Below are positions 37,835 through 47,812 of a stretch of DNA of 64,000 bases, piece after piece. Source of the DNA: Desulfotomaculaceae bacterium (GTDB lineage Bacteria > Bacillota > Desulfotomaculia > Desulfotomaculales > Pelotomaculaceae); contig JAQVGZ010000005.1 of assembly GCA_028696455.1 (NCBI GenBank), forward strand, positions 5,076-69,075, read 5' to 3'. The first letter of the stretch is position 1. Each line of letters starts with the position of its first letter. The notes beneath the pieces were generated by a model that was given only the letters and a program-made list of their open reading frames with translations, ran no database searches and was not told the DNA's origin. The position numbers and the translations under genes are program-made.

Positions 37835-39712
37835 CTATTCAAACTCTTTTTCACTTATCAATTTACCATCAATATAGGCTTGAATCACAGCTTTCCCGAA
37901 ATAAGGGATTTCTTTAGTTATAACTTTTTTACTCTTACTCTTGTGAGTGCCTTTGTAAGCTTCGTTAGTCCCCCGCGCATCAGTAACCACAATACGCAGC
38001 TCGTGCTCTTGATCATCATCCTGTATCCTGGCCTCAACCTTGGCGATGCGCTCGTCCGGTCCGGGTCCGTCGCTGAGGGTTACTTGAACAGCTGAGCCTT
38101 CCTTGACATCCGTGCCCTTAACCGGGTTCTGGGTGATCACCTGACCGGTGAAGTAATCAGTACTGGTAGACCTATTGATATTATCGTCCAGCTTTAGCTT
38201 AATTTTTTCTAATTCAGCTCTGGCCTGCTCCAAAGTCTTTCCAACCAAGTCCGGCACCTGGCGTAACGGAGGGCCTTTACTAACCGTTAAGCTAACAGGG
38301 GCAGCCTTCGCCAGGGATAGACCGTCCTTAGGGTCCTGCTCTATTACCAATCCCTGTCGATACTCATTGCTGTACTTCTCCTTGACTGTGTCAGCAACGT
38401 TTAGCCCACTCTGATTGATTATAGCAATGGCCTCGCTTAGCGAATACCCGATGACCCTGGGCACGGTTTTCTGCTCCACCCCCTTGCTCACATTAATCGT
38501 TACGATGCGATTCACTTTTACCTTTTCATTAGCGGGAGGGTCCTGTGAAATAACCCTATTAACCGGTACCGTAGGGTGATTATTCCAGGTAACCTGAATA
38601 TTTTTAAGACCCTTTCCTTTGAGTATGCTCTGGGCTTCTTCACATGTCTCCCCAATGACTGAAGGTATAACTATTTCGTCGACATTTAATAAAAAATGAA
38701 AAACTGCAGTACCGGCGCCAAGTAACCCCAAGATTATTAAAACCACCCAAATCCATGTTTGACTCTTCTTTTTAAACCTATCCCTTACTGACTGAGAGCC
38801 CTCGGCAGTTGCTCTGCGTACAGTAGGGATCAGTCTGGTGGCAAATTCATCATCCACTTCCGCGTTGCGTTTGGATTCATCAAGATTTTCATTAAGCATT
38901 CCCTCTAGTTCACGCACCATCTGTCCGGCGGTTTCATAACGTTCAGATTTATTTTTGGCCATAGCCCTGTTAATGATTTTTTCTAGCCTTAAGTTTACAG
39001 CCGGATTTAAACTCGAGGGGTTAATGGGCTCCTCTTGAATATGTTTAAGGGCAACACTAATTGGAGTATCTCCTTGAAAAGGCAACACCCCCGTAACCAT
39101 TTCATAAAGTACAATACCCAGGGAATAGATATCGGACTGCGGTCCGACATTTCCACCCTGAGCTTGTTCAGGTGAAAGGTAATGAACCGATCCCACAATA
39201 GAGTCAGTTTGAGTCAGAGTGGCAGCAGTAGCACCCCTGGCGATCCCAAAATCAGTCAGTTTGGCCCTCCCACCACTTGTTATCAAGATATTTTGCGGTT
39301 TAACATCGCGATGCACAATGTTGTTTTCGTGGGCATGTTTAAGTGCATCGCTGACTTGCCGTGCTATCTGGATAGCCTTGTCACTAGGTAGAGCACCCTG
39401 GCTTCTGATCAGGTTCTTGAGGTTGTCTCCTTCGACATACTCCATGACCAGGTAGTCCACTGCATCAGCACGTCCAACATCATAGATACTGACTATATTG
39501 GGATGTGAAAGACTGGCAATAGCCTGAGCCTCCCTGCGAAAACGATATACAAAATCATCGTCACTGGTAAACTCGGGGCGGAGTACTTTTATGGTAACCA
39601 GCCGGTTCAAAACAGTGTCACGGCCCTTGTAAACAATAGCCATCCCGCCACCGCCCAGTTGCTCCAAGATTTCATACCGGTTCCCCAAAAGCTTCCCAAT
39701 CAAAATTTCCAC
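37835..39712 (-). CDS. prkC: Ser/Thr protein kinase with PASTA repeats
   Basis: A Hanks kinase (GGGGMAIVYKG, HRDVKPQN, DFGIA), a TM segment and repeated PASTA-like modules (VPxVIG/LVG...A...L). Confidence 0.9.
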   Translation of the reverse strand: MEILIGKLLGNRYEILEQLGGGGMAIVYKGRDTVLNRLVTIKVLRPEFTSDDDFVYRFRREAQAIASLSHPNIVSIYDVGRADAVDYLVMEYVEGDNLKNLIRSQGALPSDKAIQIARQVSDALKHAHENNIVHRDVKPQNILITSGGRAKLTDFGIARGATAATLTQTDSIVGSVHYLSPEQAQGGNVGPQSDIYSLGIVLYEMVTGVLPFQGDTPISVALKHIQEEPINPSSLNPAVNLRLEKIINRAMAKNKSERYETAGQMVRELEGMLNENLDESKRNAEVDDEFATRLIPTVRRATAEGSQSVRDRFKKKSQTWIWVVLIILGLLGAGTAVFHFLLNVDEIVIPSVIGETCEEAQSILKGKGLKNIQVTWNNHPTVPVNRVISQDPPANEKVKVNRIVTINVSKGVEQKTVPRVIGYSLSEAIAIINQSGLNVADTVKEKYSNEYRQGLVIEQDPKDGLSLAKAAPVSLTVSKGPPLRQVPDLVGKTLEQARAELEKIKLKLDDNINRSTSTDYFTGQVITQNPVKGTDVKEGSAVQVTLSDGPGPDERIAKVEARIQDDDQEHELRIVVTDARGTNEAYKGTHKSKSKKVITKEIPYFGKAVIQAYIDGKLISEKEFE

Positions 39713-39788
39713 CTCAGATCATACTTTAACGATAATATTATATGATGTTGTTTTATTTTTTTAAACTATCTAACAGGCAGATCAACAC

Positions 39789-41183
39789 TCAATATCCCTT
39801 CGCCACCGCTGCTGCCAGCAACTTACCGGCAATTGGGGCTGCAACTGCCCCACCGGAGCCGGCGTTTTCCAGAATGACCGCAACAGCCAGCCTGGCTGTC
39901 TCTACCGGTGCTAATCCGATAAACCAGGCATGCGTCTGACCGTGCGGGTTCTGGGCTGAACCAGTCTTACCTGCTACCTGCACTCCCGAAAAAGCGGCCG
40001 CGCGAGCAGTGCCATAATGAACTGCATCGATCATTCCCGCTTTAATTGTTTCAGATGTCCTACTAGTAGCGGCAGTTAGCCATGGTCGATATACTGCCTG
40101 CTGCACAGTTGCGCCAGTTGAATCCCTAACAGAGTTAACCAGATGGGGACGCATAATTACACCCTGATTCGCGATGGCTGCCGCCACCAAGGCCATATGC
40201 AAAGGGCTGACTAGTAACTCACCCTGGCCTATAGCACTGCTGGCCAGCTCCGTAGAAGTCATTTCACCGGGGTCAGCTATTGTACCCGGCCTTACCGGAA
40301 TCCCGACAGTTGGATCTTGATCCAGCCCAAAAGCTTTAAAGGTACGGTATAAACCATCGGGCCCTAATTTAAGACCAAGTTGAGCAAATGTCGTGTTACA
40401 AGAAACAGCTAACGCCTTTCTCAGGTCAAGCTGGCCATGAGCAGAAAGGTCAGTTAACTTGAAGCCGTCCACGATAAGGAAACCGGGGCAGTTGAAGGTA
40501 GCGGTAGCATAGCCGGGGCTGGCCCCAAGCGCTCCGGCCGCTGTAACCACCTTGAAAGCTGAGCCAGGAGGATAAGCCCCCTGTGCTGCCCGGTTAAACA
40601 AGGGCAAATCCTCCATCTGTACCAGGTTTTGCCAGATCTCTTCTAGTTTGTTGGGGTCATACCCAGGGCTGGAAGCCATCACTCGCAAGGCTCCCGTTCT
40701 GATATCCATCAGCACTACAGCTCCGCGACGGCCACCTAAAAGTTCCATAGCCTGCTGTTGAAGTGCAAAATCAATGGTCAGGATCAGATCTCCGCCCTTT
40801 TGCTCCCGCCCTAGAAGCTTATTGATATAATTTCTAACCCGGTCTACACCTTCCATTCCCAACAGGTAGCGATCGTAAGCGGATTCAAGCCCTGCCCTAC
40901 CATACTTGCTTGAGACATACCCAATCACATGGGGCGTATTTTTTCCTCCCGGATATACCCTCCTGCCCTTGCCGCTGTTAAGATCCGTCCTGGCTAGAGC
41001 TATACCCCCGGTATCATAAATATTCCCCCGAATAATCAGGTTCTCTAGCTCCTGCAGGCGTCGGTTATACGGGTTCGCGGCTAAATCTGAACCTTTGATT
41101 ACTTGTAAATAGGATAGGTATATGACCAGGACCAGTAGAAGGCCTAGTAGAAGATAACCTAGTTTTAAAATATTTTGTTTCAT
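39789..41183 (-). CDS. class B penicillin-binding protein (PbpA/PBP2-type transpeptidase)
   Basis: An N-terminal anchor plus the transpeptidase motifs PPGSAFK (SxxK), SCN (SxN) and KTGSA (KTG). Confidence 0.85.
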   Translation of the reverse strand: MKQNILKLGYLLLGLLLVLVIYLSYLQVIKGSDLAANPYNRRLQELENLIIRGNIYDTGGIALARTDLNSGKGRRVYPGGKNTPHVIGYVSSKYGRAGLESAYDRYLLGMEGVDRVRNYINKLLGREQKGGDLILTIDFALQQQAMELLGGRRGAVVLMDIRTGALRVMASSPGYDPNKLEEIWQNLVQMEDLPLFNRAAQGAYPPGSAFKVVTAAGALGASPGYATATFNCPGFLIVDGFKLTDLSAHGQLDLRKALAVSCNTTFAQLGLKLGPDGLYRTFKAFGLDQDPTVGIPVRPGTIADPGEMTSTELASSAIGQGELLVSPLHMALVAAAIANQGVIMRPHLVNSVRDSTGATVQQAVYRPWLTAATSRTSETIKAGMIDAVHYGTARAAAFSGVQVAGKTGSAQNPHGQTHAWFIGLAPVETARLAVAVILENAGSGGAVAAPIAGKLLAAAVAKGY

Positions 41184-42505
41184 ATATCAATATAAGCCTC
41201 ATGAGAAATATTAAGCAAGAATCCAAGCAAGATGAAGTTTGCCACAAGTGAACTTCCGCCATAACTGATATACGGCAGGGTAATACCGGTTAACGGCAGC
41301 AACTTGGTTACCCCGGAAATAATTATGAAAGCCTGTATTGCTAAGAGAGCGGTCAATCCAGAAGCTGCCAGAGCAGCAAATTCATCCTTGGTTTTTAAAG
41401 CAATTTTGATTCCTCGAAAAACATAAATCATAAATAATATGATTATACCAGTACCTCCCAGTAACCCCATCTCCTCACAAATAGCTGAAAAAATGAAATC
41501 TGTATGCACCGCTGGAATATATTCTGGGTACCCCTGGCCAAACCCAGTTCCCAATATTCCACCAGAATTGATGGCAAAAAGAGACTGGCTTACCTGATAA
41601 CCAGTATTTTCTATATATTGCCAGGGATTAAGCCAGGTCTCTACTCTTGATCTAACGTGATCAAAAAGATAAAAGCAAACCCCTGCTCCGGCTATAAAAA
41701 GTCCCAACCCAAAAAGAACGTAAAATATGCGGGAAGTAGCCACATACACCATAGTTAGAAAAGTACTGAAATAAATCAGTGCAGCCCCAAGGTCTTTTTG
41801 AAAAACCAGTAGTAACAGTGAAATACCCCACATAACGGCCAGCGGTCCCCATTCCTGAGGGCCGGGTAATGAAAGACAACCCAGGTTTCTTGTACCAGCA
41901 GACAAAACAGCTTTATTTTCTATCAGGAAACTAGCCAGAAACAGCACAACCAAGATTTTCACAAATTCAGAAGGTTGTAAACTAAACAATCCGAGATCTA
42001 GCCAGCTTTTTGCACCCCCCTGCTCGCTACCGAAAAAAACAGGCAAAACCAAGGCAATCAGACCTACCAGCGCATAGATATATTTGTAATCACTTAAGAA
42101 ACGGAAATTAACAAACTGCCTGGTAGTTAAGACCAAGGCCACAAGACCAGCCAATAGCCAGACAAACTGGCGGACAGCGTAAGCCGGATCTAACCGGAAC
42201 AAAAAAACCAGCCCGGTAGAACAAAGCAAAGCAGTAATCGGAAGCAAAAGGCAGTCACCATGGTACCCCGTGAGGCTCCAATAAAAGCTAACCAACAGAA
42301 AGGCAGCTACGGTGGCGAGACCTATCAAAAGGGCCCGTGGCTCTGGGCTTCCGGCTGCCCCAAGATGCAGCAAAAGCATTCCGGTCATCATGTAAACGCC
42401 AGTCATCAGAATCAGTTTCAATTCTAAATGTCTGCCTGTTTTACCCTGCATGGAGGAGTTTTTTTTACTATTGTTAATAGAAATCATTTCGTTCCTCCAC
42501 ATCAT
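41180..42505 (-). CDS. SEDS-family protein (FtsW/RodA)
   Basis: A polytopic protein with FSLQPSEFVKI and HTDFIFSAICEEMG. The start is uncertain (ATG 42505, 42502 or 42487). Confidence 0.85.
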   Translation of the reverse strand: MMWRNEMISINNSKKNSSMQGKTGRHLELKLILMTGVYMMTGMLLLHLGAAGSPEPRALLIGLATVAAFLLVSFYWSLTGYHGDCLLLPITALLCSTGLVFLFRLDPAYAVRQFVWLLAGLVALVLTTRQFVNFRFLSDYKYIYALVGLIALVLPVFFGSEQGGAKSWLDLGLFSLQPSEFVKILVVLFLASFLIENKAVLSAGTRNLGCLSLPGPQEWGPLAVMWGISLLLLVFQKDLGAALIYFSTFLTMVYVATSRIFYVLFGLGLFIAGAGVCFYLFDHVRSRVETWLNPWQYIENTGYQVSQSLFAINSGGILGTGFGQGYPEYIPAVHTDFIFSAICEEMGLLGGTGIIILFMIYVFRGIKIALKTKDEFAALAASGLTALLAIQAFIIISGVTKLLPLTGITLPYISYGGSSLVANFILLGFLLNISHEAYIDI

Positions 42506-42520
42506 CTAACCGAGGATGTT

Positions 42521-43234
42521 TTAGATTTCGGCCAGAATGATAGTGATGTTGTCCTCGCCTCCACTCTTCAACGCCTTACTAAGAAGAATACGCACAGCAG
42601 TATTTGTGTCCGAAGCATTATTGATTACAGACAGTAACTCGCCCTGGTTGAGATAACGGGTTAAACCGTCTGTGCAGAGTAACAGCAGATCGCCCGGGTA
42701 TATTTTTATAATGTTGAGGTCAACCTGAACCGACTTATCCGTACCAAGTGCCCTTGTTAATACATTACGTTGAGGATGTTGCAGAGCCTGTTCTTCGTTA
42801 ATACCGCCATTTCTAAGTAATTCTTGTACCAACGAATGGTCCTGCGTTAATTGACTGATGTCGCCATCGCGCACTAGATACGCCCGGCTATCCCCCACAT
42901 GGGCAACAAACAATTTGCTGACTTGCATTAAACAAGCAGTAATTGTTGTACCCATGCCCCTGAATTCCTGATTTTGCATAGATAATTTATATATTGAGGC
43001 ATTGGCCAGTTTAACGGAACCAATCAAGGCTTTTTCCGGGGATGCGCCTTTCCGGAGCTGGTGGGGCAGTTCACGCTTTAACGTTTGCAAGGCCATATCG
43101 CTGGCGATTTCTCCTGCCTGATGACCGCCCATTCCATCAGCAACTGCCAGCAGGCCTATCTGCGGCAATATGTACAGGCTGTCTTCGTTTATCTTCCTGA
43201 CTAGTCCTGTATTAGTTACTTGCGTCCACCTCAT
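42521..43234 (-). CDS. prpC: PP2C-family Ser/Thr phosphatase
   Basis: NEDS, VADGMGGH, LCTDGL and GGEDNIT motifs. 237 aa with no membrane anchor. Confidence 0.9.
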   Translation of the reverse strand: MRWTQVTNTGLVRKINEDSLYILPQIGLLAVADGMGGHQAGEIASDMALQTLKRELPHQLRKGASPEKALIGSVKLANASIYKLSMQNQEFRGMGTTITACLMQVSKLFVAHVGDSRAYLVRDGDISQLTQDHSLVQELLRNGGINEEQALQHPQRNVLTRALGTDKSVQVDLNIIKIYPGDLLLLCTDGLTRYLNQGELLSVINNASDTNTAVRILLSKALKSGGEDNITIILAEI

Positions 43235-43712
43235 GCCCCCACCTCACAAACTGAAAAATAACGCCTCCGATTCTAATTTTATCTCCATTTGCCAAAACAA
43301 TCGATTTATCTATCGGGATCTCATTTAAAAATGTTCCGTTCGTACTATCTAGATCCTCCAACCAGTACTGACCATCTTTTAAATATATCCGTGCGTGCAT
43401 GGCAGAAGCAAACGCAGCCGCAATATTAATACTACAAAGGCTATCTCTACCTAAGAGCACTTCCTGGCCTGCGGCAAAAGTGTCACCAGGTTTCAGTTCT
43501 GATAATAAACTCTTAACAACTACTAATTCGGCACCATCGCCCGTTTCATGGGGGGATGGTTTGACATGATAATCAACAATTCGGTTTTCTTTTAAATTTT
43601 GCGGGGCTACTTCTTGTAAGTCACCAATCATCCATTTGATCAACTTAAAAATCGATAAGAATAAAAGCAGTAGAAATAAGTACCTCAAAACCATAACGAA
43701 AATAGCAAACAT
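43212..43712 (-). CDS. membrane-anchored FHA-domain protein (FhaB/FipA-like)
   Basis: An N-terminal TM (FAIFVMVLRYLFLLLLFLSIF) and a C-terminal FHA domain (LGR...S..HA.I....W.LEDL.STNGTF.N). Confidence 0.75.
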   Translation of the reverse strand: MFAIFVMVLRYLFLLLLFLSIFKLIKWMIGDLQEVAPQNLKENRIVDYHVKPSPHETGDGAELVVVKSLLSELKPGDTFAAGQEVLLGRDSLCSINIAAAFASAMHARIYLKDGQYWLEDLDSTNGTFLNEIPIDKSIVLANGDKIRIGGVIFQFVRWGHEVDASN

Positions 43713-43713
43713 A

Positions 43714-44499
43714 TTACTCCACCTTAAAGGTACAAATTGTAGTCCCTAAAGCCACTGTGTCGCCAGGTTTAAGTATCCTGGTCGTTACTCTGACACCATT
43801 AACTTTAGTTCCGTTAGTACTTCCAAGGTCAATGATACTATACTGACCCCGGCTCCACTCAATTTGTGCATGGCGGCGAGATACACTGGAGTCACTTAAA
43901 ACGATATCGCAGCCCGCTCGACGCCCCAGTAACATGGTTCCTTTACCAAGATTAAAATATTTGCCCTGGTCCGGACCTTCCTCTATCTTCAGCCAGCCAA
44001 ATGAGTCAGGCTTTTTTTCTATATCTGCCATGCCTTTAGTAGCTAGGCGAAACCTTTGGGTTTGCTCAAGCCGCATTTTTTCCGCTTTAGGCAGTTCGTC
44101 ATCCGGAGGAGCCTCACTAAATTCTGACTCTATTCTTATACAACCAGCACGCATTAGATCATCTTTTGCGAAACTTACCGCTGGTGGACCAGTCAAGGTA
44201 TATTTTTTTTCAAACGACTTCTGCTCTAAATAATCGTTTAGTTCCCTGGACAATGCTGATGCAATCGTCGAAATCTGATCATATTCTGCTGGGTTAAGGT
44301 GAATAGTATACTGATTTGGAACGTATATTTTATTAATACTCACCTGTCGGCGGTCCCTCATTTCTCTTGTCAGTCGTTTGGCAATCTCAGCGGGTTCAAC
44401 ATGTCCTTTGTATTTACCCTTAAAAAAACCTTCTATATATTTTTCCAAGCTGCCTTCCAGACCGGAGAAAACACCCAAATAAATCACCCCCATCAGCAT
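43714..44499 (-). CDS. FhaA-like protein (DUF3662-type N-domain + C-terminal FHA)
   Basis: The N-terminus GVFSGLEGSLEKYIEGFF...PAEIAKRLTREM resembles the FhaA N-domain. The C-terminal FHA domain reads LGRRAGCDIVL.D.SVSRRHAQI...IIDLGSTNGT.VNG. Confidence 0.75.
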   Translation of the reverse strand: MLMGVIYLGVFSGLEGSLEKYIEGFFKGKYKGHVEPAEIAKRLTREMRDRRQVSINKIYVPNQYTIHLNPAEYDQISTIASALSRELNDYLEQKSFEKKYTLTGPPAVSFAKDDLMRAGCIRIESEFSEAPPDDELPKAEKMRLEQTQRFRLATKGMADIEKKPDSFGWLKIEEGPDQGKYFNLGKGTMLLGRRAGCDIVLSDSSVSRRHAQIEWSRGQYSIIDLGSTNGTKVNGVRVTTRILKPGDTVALGTTICTFKVE

Positions 44500-44516
44500 T
44501 TTATTGCTGTTGCTGG

Positions 44517-45569
44517 TTATTGACAGTTCATTCTTCTTCTCAGTTGCCCGCAGGCAGCGTCTATGCCGGCGCCAAACCCACGCCGTATCGTCGCAGGTAT
44601 TCCCGCTGTCTCTATAGTATTTCGAAACAAATCAACCTGTTGCTTTGACGGGGGCCTAAAAAACCTTTCCGGCACTGGATTAACAGGAATCAGGTTTACG
44701 TGACATAGCATACCCGATAATAGCCGGCACAATTTGTCAGCGTGCTCCTGACTATCGTTCAGTCCGGCCAATAATGCATATTCAAAGGTTATTCGCCGCC
44801 CGGTTTGCTCTGAGTAATCCTCACAGACACTCATTAACTCCTGAAGTGGGTATTTTTTATTAACTGGCACCAGCATATCGCGCAGGTTATTATCTGGAGC
44901 ATGCAACGACACTGCCAGGGTGATTGCAAGTTTTTCCCTGGCCAATTCCTTAATCCGGGGCGCTATACCACAGGTAGATACTGTGATATGGCGCTGCCCG
45001 ATATTGAGACCATGAGAAGCAGTAATATTCTTGATAAAGGTCAGAGTTGCTTCATAATTATCCAGCGGCTCACCGGAACCCATAACAACCACATGGCTTA
45101 CCCGTTCACCGTAGTCTTTTTGAATACTAAGAACTTGCCCATAAATCTCACCAGGGCTGAGATTCCGGATAAGACCTTCCAAACCGGAGGCACAAAGACG
45201 ACAACCCATTCTGCATCCGACCTGGGTAGAAATACAAGCTGAGTTGCCATAGCTATGCTTCATTAAAACGCTTTCCACAGACTGCCCGTCATTCATTTCA
45301 AAAAGGTACTTTATCGTGTCTCCAGACCGTGAAACCTGTTTGGCCAGTATGTTCAAGTGTCCTGTTACAGCTATAGCCGCCAGACGGCTTCGGAACTCCA
45401 TGGGCAAGTTAGTCATCTCGTGAAATGATCTGGCCCCCTTTTGAAAGATCCAGCTTGCTATCTGTTTTGCCCGGTATTGTTTGCCACCAAGTTTCTGGCT
45501 CAAGCCAATTAGTTCCGGTAGGGTAAGATCTTTCAAGTTAATTTTAGGCGCCATCGCGATTATAACCAT
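44517..45569 (-). CDS. rlmN: 23S rRNA/tRNA (adenine-C2)-methyltransferase RlmN (radical SAM)
   Basis: QVGCRMGCRLCASG (the CxxxCxxC radical SAM motif) and a C-terminal DAACGQL. Confidence 0.9.
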   Translation of the reverse strand: MVIIAMAPKINLKDLTLPELIGLSQKLGGKQYRAKQIASWIFQKGARSFHEMTNLPMEFRSRLAAIAVTGHLNILAKQVSRSGDTIKYLFEMNDGQSVESVLMKHSYGNSACISTQVGCRMGCRLCASGLEGLIRNLSPGEIYGQVLSIQKDYGERVSHVVVMGSGEPLDNYEATLTFIKNITASHGLNIGQRHITVSTCGIAPRIKELAREKLAITLAVSLHAPDNNLRDMLVPVNKKYPLQELMSVCEDYSEQTGRRITFEYALLAGLNDSQEHADKLCRLLSGMLCHVNLIPVNPVPERFFRPPSKQQVDLFRNTIETAGIPATIRRGFGAGIDAACGQLRRRMNCQ

Positions 45570-45603
45570 CCTTCTTATATAAACTATTCTTCATAATTTT
45601 ACC

Positions 45604-46983
45604 CTAACCCTTTTTTCTCATTCGACAGATATAAAAGCCGTCCATGCCATGATAATGCGGCAATATTTGCAAATAGCCACCGGCCATTGTTCCTTCTAAG
45701 TCAAGGCCAACAGGGAGAAACTGGGATAAGTCCTCTAATATGAAATCCGGGTGCCGTCTCAGAAAGTGTTTAACCTGACCAAGATTTTCCTCATGGTTGA
45801 TGGTACAGGTGCTATAAACCAGCACTCCTCCTTTCTTGAGACAGCGGGCAGCACTCGTTAAAATTTCGGCCTGCAACTGAACGATAGCCGGTATCTGACC
45901 GGGCTCCTTGCGCCAACGGGAATCCGGACGTCGTCTAAGGACCCCCAGACCTGTACAAGGAGCATCAATCAGGACATAATCAGCCCAATTATGCATTATT
46001 TCAGGTAATTCTCTGGCATCTCCAGTAAATCCTTGAACAATCTCAATACCGAGGCGTTCGCAGTTTTCCTTAATTAATTTAAGCCTATGCGGGTGGATGT
46101 CCACTGCTACAATCTCACCCTGGTTATCCATTAACTGAGCCAGGTGGGTTGTCTTCCCCCCTGGAGCGCTACAAGCATCAAGGACACAAGTCCCACTGGA
46201 AGGCATTAAAGCCCTCCCTGCCAGCATAGAACTTTCATCCTGCACCTGAAACAGTCCTTCATGAAAAGCTTCCAGAGAATTAAAAGAAAAGAGACCTGAT
46301 ATCCTTAGACCCTCCGGAGCATAGTCTGTCTGGCATATTGTTAGTCCATCTTTTCTTAGCCTGGCTGCGAGGCCTTCCCGGGTAATTTTAATGGTATTGG
46401 TCCGCACCGTATTCGGAGCCGGCTCATTATTAGCCCGGCATAATAATATTGTTTCCTTCAGGCCAAAATCCTTTAGCCATCGTTCCACCAGCCAGGCCGG
46501 ATGGGAATAACGTAATGAAATATGTTCAACAGGGTTTTGCTTGATCTCAGGAAACCTGATTTCTTTAATTCTCCGCGCAACGTTACGTAATACACCGTTT
46601 ACAAATTTGATAGCGCCAGGATGTCCACAATACCGACGTGCCATCTCAGTCCCCTCATTACAGGCGGCTGAATGGGGTACCCGGTCCATAAACATCAACT
46701 GGTATACTCCAAGACGCAAAATATTTCGGAGCGCTACAGTTTGGGATGTAAGTGGCCTCTTAATAAATTTGGCTAATACCCAGTCCAGAGTATTAAGCGA
46801 ACGCAAGACCCCGTAAGTTAGTTCAGTTGCAAAAGCCCGGTCAAGCTTGCCGGGCTGATATTTTTCCAATACCTGATTTAAAGCCAGATTAGCATAGGCA
46901 CCTTCCTCATCAACATATCTAAGCACCTGTAACGCCAATTCTCTGGCCGAAATTCGAGCCACTGTTTTCATCCTTTCTAGCAT
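45604..46983 (-). CDS. rsmB: 16S rRNA (cytosine967-C5)-methyltransferase RsmB
   Basis: An N-terminal NusB-like domain and the methyltransferase motifs DACSAPGGKT, DAPCTGLG and YSTCT. Confidence 0.9.
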   Translation of the reverse strand: MLERMKTVARISARELALQVLRYVDEEGAYANLALNQVLEKYQPGKLDRAFATELTYGVLRSLNTLDWVLAKFIKRPLTSQTVALRNILRLGVYQLMFMDRVPHSAACNEGTEMARRYCGHPGAIKFVNGVLRNVARRIKEIRFPEIKQNPVEHISLRYSHPAWLVERWLKDFGLKETILLCRANNEPAPNTVRTNTIKITREGLAARLRKDGLTICQTDYAPEGLRISGLFSFNSLEAFHEGLFQVQDESSMLAGRALMPSSGTCVLDACSAPGGKTTHLAQLMDNQGEIVAVDIHPHRLKLIKENCERLGIEIVQGFTGDARELPEIMHNWADYVLIDAPCTGLGVLRRRPDSRWRKEPGQIPAIVQLQAEILTSAARCLKKGGVLVYSTCTINHEENLGQVKHFLRRHPDFILEDLSQFLPVGLDLEGTMAGGYLQILPHYHGMDGFYICRMRKKG

Positions 46984-46996
46984 AACTATAGTAGTA

Positions 46997-47812
46997 TTAA
47001 CTGGCCATCTGCTCTTTCCCCTCGATCAGAAAAGAGATGGCCTCCTCAACTAGCGGCACTTTAATCTGGGTGTTAAGGCACGGACCGAATGGACGTTCGT
47101 TTGTAACGCCCAGTACCGGGATTGGGTTAGCGTCTTGAATACCGCTGGTAAGGTCACGCTCGCAGGCGATGGCTACAATGCCGCGGGGACGGTAATCCTT
47201 AACAAATTTTCTAGCCAATGTACCCCCGGTAGCCATACCCATATGAATGCCGTATTTATCTCTCAATTCAAGAAGCTCATTAACAACGCAGCCACCACAA
47301 CGGCGGCAGTTATTAATATCTACCGTAATTTTATAGGGACAGTCGCTTTTTTGCAGACAGTGCGGCACCAGCAATAGGATTTGTCCAGGGGATAATTTCA
47401 GGGTTTTGGATCTAACCAGAAAATTATTCACTTCTATATATGAATGTTTTATTCTGTCTTTGTCAATATGAAAAAATCGGCCAATTGCCAGTACTAACGG
47501 AAAAAATGTACTGACTGCCACCCTTATTGGCCCCTTAAGCGCGGAAATATCTCTGGCATAGAGGATCGTTAGAATGATACCTCCAACCCCAAAGGCAGCG
47601 ACTAAAATACCGCCAACCAACATAGTACCTAGAGCCACCAACAGTACCTGGTTTAGCATACTTTCAGAAGAATTCACTGCAAAATACCAAATTGCAGCCA
47701 AGAGTAATCCTGTCCCGATCAGGCCAGCACTTAATAGACCCACAAAAAGCCTTTTCCGTACATGGTCAATCGTCACCGCCTTCATCGGACACGGCCTCCC
47801 ATCCCTGGACAT
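46997..47812 (-). CDS. DUF116-family membrane protein
   Basis: N-terminal TM helices and a Cys-rich C-domain (CLQKSDCPYK...CRRCGGCV...AIACERDL). It overlaps the 3' end of fmt. Confidence 0.7.
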   Translation of the reverse strand: MSRDGRPCPMKAVTIDHVRKRLFVGLLSAGLIGTGLLLAAIWYFAVNSSESMLNQVLLVALGTMLVGGILVAAFGVGGIILTILYARDISALKGPIRVAVSTFFPLVLAIGRFFHIDKDRIKHSYIEVNNFLVRSKTLKLSPGQILLLVPHCLQKSDCPYKITVDINNCRRCGGCVVNELLELRDKYGIHMGMATGGTLARKFVKDYRPRGIVAIACERDLTSGIQDANPIPVLGVTNERPFGPCLNTQIKVPLVEEAISFLIEGKEQMAS

